The notes beneath the pieces are model-generated. The model was not told the origin of the DNA. It saw only the letters and a program-made list of their open reading frames with translations, and did not search any database. This document shows positions 10,888-19,264 of a DNA stretch of 64,000 nucleotides, one piece after another. The number at the start of each line of letters is the position of its first letter. Positions within the stretch are counted from its first letter, which is position 1. A program made the translations under genes and the position numbers. The stretch spans positions 12,485,950-12,549,949 of the forward strand of contig NC_134026.1 of NCBI RefSeq assembly GCF_964204645.1, read 5' to 3'. Source of the DNA: Tubulanus polymorphus (Eukaryota > Animalia > Nemertea).

Positions 10888-11709
10888 ATGGAAGGAGGTA
10901 AAGTATATAAACATATTCCATACATCGATACACATGAAAATAATGATGGTTTATATTATGTAATACCTTGTAATATAGCTTTGATATTTGATCCTATTTT
11001 CAAAATTTATAAAACTAAACTAATAGAAATCGATAATAATAAAAGTGAAGTTGTTGATAATTTAAGTAATGTAATTGATAATAATGTAATACCTACTACA
11101 GTAATACCTACTACAGTAATACCTACTACATCTAATAATGTAATACCTACTACATATAATAATGCAATAATATTAAATGTTAGTGAAAATAGAAATTATT
11201 GTGATTATTGTAAAGGTGAATTTTCAAACGCTCCATCAAATTGGAATCAACATATGAATACAAATTCACATATTACTAATGTTATAGAACGTGTTGGTTT
11301 AAAAGAATTTATAGAACACCCATTTAGATATGTTACAAAGTTTGTTTCAAATCAAAAAGTAAATGGTAAAGAATTATATGAAGATTTTTTATTAGCAACA
11401 CCTAATAAAGATGAATTAGATTTAACTGATGCTAATAAAATATTAGGATCAAACATTGTAAATGAAATATTAGGAGCAAACACTAAAAAAGATGATAATG
11501 AAAATGGTGCCGTATGGCACCCACATGGTGATATAGTTACAGATATTGATATTAAAGATTATGTGGACACACTTTTGGTGAAAGATAAAGAAGAAACTTT
11601 TGATGATGCGGTAGGAAGGATGAATAAGTATAACAATAAAACAACTATTGATGATGATACGGTAGAGAGTTTGAATAAATTGTTAGGGTCTGATAGTGAA
11701 AGTGATTAA
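10888..11709 (+). CDS. Variable accessory protein with VIPTT repeats and one C2H2/matrin-like zinc finger
   Basis: Intact 273-aa ORF, TAAATG start, YCDYC...WNQHMNTNSH. Confidence 0.75.
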   Translation: MEGGKVYKHIPYIDTHENNDGLYYVIPCNIALIFDPIFKIYKTKLIEIDNNKSEVVDNLSNVIDNNVIPTTVIPTTVIPTTSNNVIPTTYNNAIILNVSENRNYCDYCKGEFSNAPSNWNQHMNTNSHITNVIERVGLKEFIEHPFRYVTKFVSNQKVNGKELYEDFLLATPNKDELDLTDANKILGSNIVNEILGANTKKDDNENGAVWHPHGDIVTDIDIKDYVDTLLVKDKEETFDDAVGRMNKYNNKTTIDDDTVESLNKLLGSDSESD

Positions 11710-11745
11710 GATATTAATTATATTTAATTCAAATAATAATATTAG

Positions 11746-12075
11746 TTGAAAATTGTATAAAATAATAGAAAATAAAAAGGGGGTTTTAAGTATTTAAGGT
11801 ATCTAATACATATCTAATACATATTATTTGAAAATACCTTAAATTATATTTCTTTTTTAAATTTATGTTGAAACCTCAGTAATAATAAATAACCTTTATT
11901 ATTTTCAAACTTATTCATACATTTGTTGAAAAAATAAAAATAAATTGGTTGAAAATTGTATAAATAATATTTATTTTAAAAAGGGGGTTTTAAGTATTTA
12001 AGGTATCTAATAGGGTAACAGGTATTAGGGTATCAGGTATTGGGGTATCTAATAGGGTATCTAATACATAGGTAT
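11746..12075. repeat. Direct repeats in the spacer between the convergent gene blocks
   Basis: TTGAAAATTGTATAAA..AAAAGGGGGTTTTAAGTATTTAAGGTATCTAATA occurs twice (~11746 and ~11949), plus several GGTATCTAATA/GGTAT units. Confidence 0.7.
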
Positions 12076-12083
12076 ATAAATAG

Positions 12084-12644
12084 TTATTTTATAAATCTAT
12101 ATTCATATGGAAATTGTAGTCTCAGTAATAATTTTGAACCTTTATTATTCTTTAATTTATTCATATATTCATCATATAATTCAGTAGGTATAATTTGATT
12201 TTCTTCCAATGATTGTTGCATAGATTTTCTATCTTTATTGTAGAATAAAACTAGAAATCTTATATTCTCCCTAAAGTCTTTAACAATTGAATTATATTTT
12301 TGATTTATTTTTGATTTCTCTAACTTTTGAATCATGTAAATTTGCGCAATCATCTACAATGAATAATGTATTTGATCCTTTATAAGTATCAATTGCTATT
12401 TTTATACAATTATCTAAATTTCTTTTACTGTTTTAGGATCTAATATAATAAACTTTTGTATCTTAACTATGCTTCTATTATATGTTTTATTCATTTCATA
12501 AGTGGGGCAGAATAATATTATATTATCAAAATGATTCTTATAAATAGTTTCTAACAAGTCTAATATGAAATGTGTTTTACCACAATTAGTTACACCAGTT
12601 ATTAACATATTATGCGGTTCAAATATAAATAAATCTTTATTCAT
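12084..12644 (-). pseudogene. A32/FtsK-like packaging ATPase, frameshifted and internally deleted
   Basis: Walker A GVTNCGKT; lacks the LAFSGRHFGITTWV segment present in copy B (47504..48064). Confidence 0.9.
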
Positions 12645-13755
12645 TTATTCTTTTAATTTTACTAGATAAAATCCATTCATTAAATTTATCATCGTATCCT
12701 TTATATTTCACCAAAGAATACTTTTTTCGTTTAAGAGTTTTTGTTTTCAATACTTTTTCTATTTTGTATTCTATTTCATCTGGATTTGGTACAAGTGATA
12801 ATTCTTGTTCATAGAAATAACCTAATATTTCTTCATCTTTTAGATCTTCTAATTTATAAACAAAAGGTTTAGTTAATATTATCTTTTTAATCTTGAATAT
12901 TTCTTCTGTAAAATTTGGGGTATAACCTTTATAAAATGTTTTTCTATATTTAGATATTCTTACGTGTTGTCCAATTTTAAATTTAGGTTCTCCGAAATCA
13001 TGTGTAACAAATGCTCCATATAAATTATTCCAAACTATTTCCGAATTATCTTCTTTTCTAGCTTGTATAGGTTTCATATTTATAGAACTATGTTTAGAAT
13101 TATTATAACCTTTCACTAAATCATCTAACACATCGATATATTTATATGTTTCATTAGCAGTAAAATATTTCCACATTCTAGTTTTCAATGTTTTATTAAA
13201 TCTTTCTATAATAGATGCTTTTTTATCTGAATGTGTTGAAAAATAATCTACATCGTTATCAGATAATAGTTTTTTAAAATGTTTGTTATAAAATTCCTTA
13301 CCTTTATCAAATTGTATCCTATCTGGAATAGCTTCTTTAAATATTGATTTAAAAGCATTTGTCACTTCTATAACAGTTTTATTTTTGATTGGAATTGACC
13401 ATGCGTATCTACTGAATATGTCTATAACATTCAGTATCCAGAAATATCCTTTGTTGTATTCTTCTAAGTTCTTCATGTCAATTAAATCAGCTTGCCATTG
13501 TTGATCGATATATGAAACCATAACTTTTCTTGTTAAATAAGTTTTATCCATTTTCTTGTGGATTTGATATGTTGGTTGATTTTGTAACCATGATTTTAAT
13601 TCACTATATTTTATATCACCGTGTGGGTGCCATACGGCACCACCACCATTTTCATTATCAGATTTAATTTTATCCCATAATTCTGAAACGTTAGAATATG
13701 ATACTTCACTTTCTGGGTTATAATATAAATCTCTTAAATATTGTTCTTTTTTCAT
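12637..13755 (-). CDS. Retroviral-like (rve) integrase with C-terminal chromodomain, intact
   Basis: WQADLIDM, IDIFSRYAW, IQFDKGKEF, IERFNKTLK (DDE); chromo-like YKIEKVLK..VKYKGYDDKFNEWI. Confidence 0.95.
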   Translation of the reverse strand: MKKEQYLRDLYYNPESEVSYSNVSELWDKIKSDNENGGGAVWHPHGDIKYSELKSWLQNQPTYQIHKKMDKTYLTRKVMVSYIDQQWQADLIDMKNLEEYNKGYFWILNVIDIFSRYAWSIPIKNKTVIEVTNAFKSIFKEAIPDRIQFDKGKEFYNKHFKKLLSDNDVDYFSTHSDKKASIIERFNKTLKTRMWKYFTANETYKYIDVLDDLVKGYNNSKHSSINMKPIQARKEDNSEIVWNNLYGAFVTHDFGEPKFKIGQHVRISKYRKTFYKGYTPNFTEEIFKIKKIILTKPFVYKLEDLKDEEILGYFYEQELSLVPNPDEIEYKIEKVLKTKTLKRKKYSLVKYKGYDDKFNEWILSSKIKRINE

Positions 13756-13761
13756 TCTATT

Positions 13762-14211
13762 TTAATCCATTAATATTAATCTTGGTTTATTTTCAATGAC
13801 TTTATCATTTGACTTATTTGGTATGATAGGTTTGTTGTCATTGGAATCATTATTGTTATCATCAGATTTGAATTTTGATTCATATATTACGCCGGAGAAT
13901 ATAATAATTGTGATTAACCCAATTGTAATATATAAGTAATTATGAGCTGTGCTGAATCTATTAGATGGATTATTATTTGAATCAATATCAGATAAAGTCT
14001 GTGATTCATTTATATCAGTTAATTTCTTTTTTTTAGCTTTTTTTAATTCTGAAGATCTTTTACCTAATTCTCTTGCCCATTTCATTTGTTTCTCTATATC
14101 AGTTAATTTCTTTTTCTTAGCTTTTTTTAATTCTGAAGATCTTTTACCTAATTCTCTTGCCCATTTAATTTGTTTTTCAGATCTAGCCTTTTTCTTAACG
14201 CTATCACTCAT
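13762..14211 (-). CDS. Basic protein with one TM segment; internal 21-aa tandem duplication
   Basis: Orthologue 48946..49314 has a single KQxxWARELGKRSxELKKAKKKKLTD unit. Confidence 0.8.
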   Translation of the reverse strand: MSDSVKKKARSEKQIKWARELGKRSSELKKAKKKKLTDIEKQMKWARELGKRSSELKKAKKKKLTDINESQTLSDIDSNNNPSNRFSTAHNYLYITIGLITIIIFSGVIYESKFKSDDNNNDSNDNKPIIPNKSNDKVIENKPRLILMD

Positions 14212-14806
14212 TTATTTTAGTTAATTTTTGTTCTGATTCATTTTCTGTTTCGACGTTTGGTTGTAGTACATCTGTTTCGTTCTTACCTGATTTATATTCC
14301 ATAGGCTTGATGTTCGAAAATGTAATGACACCAGTAGAAATTAATGTCATAACCGATCCTAATTGGAATGAAGCATAACCAACCCATTTTTGTAATAACT
14401 GTCATAACTAAGTAGTCATTTTTCAAATCACTATATAATTTATTTTCATCATCAATTGGTATTAACTGGTTACATAACTTAGAGTAACATTTGACAATAC
14501 CATCTGAAATAGAATCATTTATTCTAGCTAATCGAGCTTCTTCATAAATCTTAAAATATTTTATTACTTTATCGGGTTTCATAGAGTCTAGTTCTTGAAA
14601 AGTAATGATTCTATTTAAAACTCATTAGTTTTTCCACCGGCAATCAATAGTTCTATATGGTGCTTATAATATAAATAGTATTCATAATCTTTATTGTTAT
14701 TAACTTGAATAGAATTAGAAACAACTGTATCTTTATTATCACTAATACCCAAATCATCTAATGTCTTTTCAATATCAATACTATTCTTATTAGATTTCTT
14801 TGACAT
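14204..14806 (-). pseudogene. Conserved ~200-aa Polinton protein, frameshifted
   Basis: Fragments 14615..14806 and 14292..14582 match ORF 49307..49882. Confidence 0.8.
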
Positions 14807-15215
14807 TTATATTAGAGAAAAAAAGCAAAAAAAATATTATAAATATTCTTCAAATGATACTAGATAGTTAAAGTTAAAGAACTCTAGTATTGACTACTGA
14901 TACTAGCTATTTGAATTTAAAGAATATCTATTTGAATCTATTCAAAATATAAAGTATTCTCTTTTGAAAAGAAAGTATTAAAAATATAATAGAATTCACT
15001 AGCTAGTTGAAGTTATTGTTTTTTTATTATATTTTATTTGAATTAGGATTTAATATCTCACTACTATTGTCTATCTATAGGAGCGGTAACTATAACTGTC
15101 CAGATAAGTCATTTCGGATTCTCGATAATAAATCCTAAAACTGAAAATAAATTCAAAGAAACGACTGGTGGAAATATTATTTCATAAACACATATATTTA
15201 TTATGTAAATTTTAG

Positions 15216-15575
15216 CGATCGATAATAGAACAATGGAGAACAATAGAAATGCGGTCCAATCGGACCGGTTATTGCGCAATACACGGTTATATTTTTATCC
15301 TGTAAACTACAACATTCACACATAGAAATGTAACCAATCAATATTGAGCAGCTGTTTCAGTCAACAACGATCAATAATAGAACAATGGAGAACAATAGAA
15401 ATGCGGTCCAATAGGACCGGTTATTGCGCAATACACAGTTAACAGTAAACAATACAATACAGAACAACCGCCGCCATTAACAACGATCAATAATAGAACA
15501 ATGGAGAACAATAGAAATGCGGTTCAATCGGACCGGTTATTGCGCAATATTTAGTTAACAGTAAACAATACAATA
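15216..15575. repeat. Three ~74-bp direct repeats with hairpin core, separated by unequal spacers
   Basis: CGATCRATAATAGAACAATGGAGAACAATAGAAATGCGGTCCAATCGGACCGGTTATTGCGCAATA starts at 15216, 15368 and 15484. Confidence 0.9.
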
Positions 15576-15645
15576 TTAAAACAGATATATACAATCGGGA
15601 TTACATTTTTGATATCTATATTACAAAGACCTTCAGTGTTATAAT

Positions 15646-16112
15646 TTATAATTTTGTCCAGAATTCTTTAATTACTGGATTGTTTCCAATCATTTCTTCA
15701 ATTTCTGGTAAATATCTGACTACTTCACTAAATGCTAATCCTAATATTTTGAATTTTTCATATTTTATTAATCTACCTACTCTTCTCAGTTTTCTTTCAA
15801 AACCGGCACTGATATCTCCACTCATTTTCTTAGTTTTCGATTATTTGAGTCCCAACAGCAATTTAAGTCGCGTTGCTGGTAATTTTGGTAATTGTAGTTC
15901 GCGCGGTAATTGTTTATTATGTATTACATCACTCAGAGTTTTCACCATTTCTTGATGATAGTCCAAATGTTCTTATAATTTTGTGAAGTTTGTTCGTCAA
16001 TTACGAGAGTTTCATCCTCCATTTCTATTGATTCCTGAGTTTCACTATCCGTCGTTTCCGGTTCCTCATACGTTGGTTGGCTTAGAATTTCTGGTCGATC
16101 TCTGTATTCCAT
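15646..16112 (-). pseudogene. Acidic-N-terminus protein (~150 aa) with a putative 5' UTR intron
   Basis: My translation MEYRDRPEILSQ...HLDY...LAFSEVVRYLPEIEEM aligns to MSYASRSD...HLDY...LTFVDVVKYLPAIEKM in copy B. GTAAGT donor at 16196 and TTTTAG acceptor at 16119. Confidence 0.6.
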
Positions 16113-16514
16113 TTTAATCTAAAAGATGTCGTGAAAATGAATGACTGTACTTAAATATGTTTAAAGGTTTCCCTACTTCATAATATATGTACTTACATTT
16201 AGATTTAGAACTGTAAACTGTGTTTTGAGAGAGAATATCCAATACGTACTATGTATGTGAAAGTTGATTTCTAACTGCCGACGTGGCGCACGTTCAACCA
16301 AACTAATTACTTCTGCATGTTTGCCTGGATTGTAACAGATGTTCCTTTGTGATTAATCCTTTTCAACTGAAATAGCACATTCGATCAATATTCAAATGAG
16401 GTGCGCCCCATTCAACTGAATATGAAATACGGCACAGATGTTTTTGTAAACAACCTAATACAATTACATACAGGCGGTTTGACATAGATCGAGAGAAACC
16501 GGTTTTCTAAGCGT

Positions 16515-17166
16515 TTAACATTCAACGTATTTTTCATTATGTGTTGAGTTCCATAATTCAACAAATGTCTTTGCTTTATCCAGTTGATCTAAATATAACT
16601 GTATATCTAGTTTATTAGATTTAATTATATTTTCTTTCTTTTCAAGAGGCCTTAAATTCTTCCAGCACCAGATTAGCTTCTTATTATAATCATCACTCAT
16701 GTCAAATTTAGAAATCGGCAACATGATCAATATGAAAGTATTCACCGTAATTATCTATATTCATTTTATCATCGAATTGATATATTATCCATGATTTGAG
16801 AAATTCATCTGAACAACCCAATAGATTAGATAGTGTTTCTGAATGTGTTTCTTTGTTGAATAATTGTGTTAATCTAGATCTTAAGCATTGTTTCAATCTA
16901 AAATTAAGATCTGTTTGATATCTTTCTCTCATATATTCTGTCATATAATCATTATAAGCTTCTCTATTATCTTCTCGGTATTGTTTGGTATATAGTTTAA
17001 AACAAGTTTTACAGCAATATTGAAAACCATCTTTGCTAATCTTACGCTTACTAAATTCTGTTAAAGCTAATTTATCTAATTCACATTTAGAACACTTCTT
17101 GTAGTATATGTTTATAACGCCAGTGTTATTTGTAATATTTATAGTTTGTGGTTGTTCTGGTTCCAT
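16515..17166 (-). pseudogene. HNH endonuclease of the type common in large DNA viruses, with N-terminal Cys4 zinc ribbon; one frameshift
   Basis: KKCSKC..EFSK..KDGFQYCCKTC; LLGCSDEFLKSWI..F..M..DNYGEYFHIDHV / PISKFD...WKNLRPL..ENIIKSNK. Confidence 0.8.
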
Positions 17167-17243
17167 TTATTATATGTATTTTTTACTAAATTGGTTAATA
17201 TTTTAGAATCCTCTTCCATTTCTTCGACCAACGTCATCCTTTT

Positions 17244-17495
17244 TCATTCCTCGCTGCTTTTGATAAGTTGTTTCGATTCCTTGATATCAAATTCCTCAAC
17301 GTATTGTTCATTATTTGGATCATTATTCCATAATTCAATAAATTTCTTTGCTTTTGTTAACTGTTCTGAATATAACTGTAAATATTCTAGTTTCAATTTA
17401 TTATCTAAATGTGTTTTAGTTTTATTGTGTCTTGCTTTTTGGGATTTATCTATATTGATATTACATGTTGGGCAGTAGTACTTATTTGCTTCCAT
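17244..17495 (-). CDS. Short zinc-finger ORF starting inside the right TIR
   Basis: YYCPTC..KARHNKTKTH is the same as the pPolB N-terminus at 55349, here fused to an HNH-tail-like segment. Confidence 0.55.
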   Translation of the reverse strand: MEANKYYCPTCNINIDKSQKARHNKTKTHLDNKLKLEYLQLYSEQLTKAKKFIELWNNDPNNEQYVEEFDIKESKQLIKSSEE

Positions 17496-17970
17496 TTTAA
17501 TACTAATTTTTTTTTTTTAATTGATTTTAGAAGTTCAATGATTTATATTATGCATTATTTCAATCACACTTTACTAACACTTTTAATGTTTAAAAATCTA
17601 ACTCATACAAATATGAATATTGAAATAATGTTGTAAATATATACTTTTATATTGAATAATCTGTCAATTTAAATGTTATTCATTTATATGAATATTTTAA
17701 GAGTAATAGGGGTAATGGGCTTTCATATCAAAGGTTGAAAGGGCTAGTGAGTAAAAAATGAAAAATATGAAAATAATAATAATTTCTATTTGAATTAGGA
17801 GTGAAACTCATATAAAATGAAAAATAAATTCGAGTGTGCAAGAATCATTTTTCATTTTATATGAGTTTCGCTACTAATTCAAATAGAAATTATTATTATT
17901 TTCATATTTTTCATTATTTATGAGCTCGACCTTTCGACCTTTGGTATGAAAGCCCATTACCCCTATTACT
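17382..17970. repeat. Right terminal inverted repeat of Polinton A, ending in a 269-bp hairpin (17702-17970)
   Basis: Reverse complement of the copy C left end (hairpin interior differs); AGTAATAGGGGTAATGGGCTTTCATA...TATGAAAGCCCATTACCCCTATTACT. Confidence 0.9.
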
Positions 17971-19264
17971 GTGCTGGCCGCAGCATATCCATGATCAGCT
18001 GTGCTAGAAGCAGCATCCCCTAAAAAGTGAAGTGGGTATATTGATTTATGTGATGATTCATGTTACGATGACTCTCTGACTGTCGATGAAATTCAGGATT
18101 CAAAAGTATAGAGGTATTAATTAGACCTACAATACGCCTGCAGGCCTATAATGTTATATGTAATTCTAAATATTAATCCAGTCTAGGTCATAAAATGAGG
18201 CCGTCACAACCAAGCGCGGATTTCTAAATAGATCAGTCTCAGACTGACTCTGTCTCTCTGACTCGGCCTAACTGACGACCCGGGCCCGGCCTAGTCAGTA
18301 ACCTGTCTGTGGTTTAGTTTCACGATCGGATATTTTCACAAACCACAGTCAGGAATGGGAAGGTCATTTTTGTATGAAATCTTCGTCAGCCAATTTGACT
18401 GACGAGTAATTTGCCTGGCATTTCATTGTCTCTTAAGATATCCGTCTAATTTTTGCTGTAATCGACGCACAACAGATTCGTAGTTTGTCTGATACCTATA
18501 ACACCTCACCTGACGATCTTAATCCATGTGCAAATCGGCCGTAAAGTGAGAGTAAATTTCCGTCCAGTCAACAGCTGCCATTTTGAAAATTACTGGAGGT
18601 GCTGGCACCTGTGGACTGAGGCCAGGACAACAGCACAAACTCACGATTCTCTCATTCGTTTACATGCATGATTTGAGTGCTTTAATGATGATAAACAACG
18701 CAATGTTTCTCCTGATTACTCACCAATATTTGAAACGAGCGCCATTATAACACGGAAGTATTTTTCACCGTATGACGTCACGGCTAAATTATCGATCGGT
18801 GTCGCCATCTTTACGAGAGTCGTGTATAACTGCAGCGATAAGTTCCAGTTGTGGTACTGTCAAAGGTTTGACGGGCGCGACTTCGACATCAGGAAACTCG
18901 ACTGCCCCTGACGCTACAGCAACATACGACTTCTCGCTGGCGTCCGCGAAACATGTAGTTCGTAGCTAGATATTGAGTCTATTCCAGTGTCAAACAAGTA
19001 CCTAGGATAGGATCGGTTCAGCATCGACGTAATATTATGAACCGCGGTTATCCATCTACATCTAATTTCGTCTGGTACAGGTTCATCCTAATAATATCCC
19101 GATTTCAAAAGATCTTGCATCAATAACTTCGGTGTCACTAAGACCGGCGAGATAAATCCTAACGGATCATAAACTTTCGCTGAATCGCTGAGTATCATAC
19201 GTTTAGTTTCGACATCCTGATCCATAGACCGAAATGGATTTGACCGAATTCAGCTCAATTTCAC

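Larger units (their letters stand above)
1..17970 (+). mobile_element. Polinton/Maverick (adintovirus-like) copy A; left end outside window, right end ...CCCCTATTACT at 17970
   Basis: pPolB, capsid-like genes, A32-type ATPase and rve integrase in typical Polinton layout. Very AT-rich, with an abrupt composition change after 17970. The end is the reverse complement of the AGTAATAGGG start of copy C. Right flank is GTGCTG. Confidence 0.96.

Noticed and set aside
15216-15575. CRISPR array
   Set aside because: Only three units, repeats of ~74 bp, unequal spacers, no cas genes, eukaryotic context; kept only as a repeat finding.
18330-18830. Possible gene start (AAAATGGCAGCT on the minus strand near 18580) and short inverted repeat 18746-18829
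   Set aside because: The frame has stops and no recognisable motif; too little evidence to call a feature.
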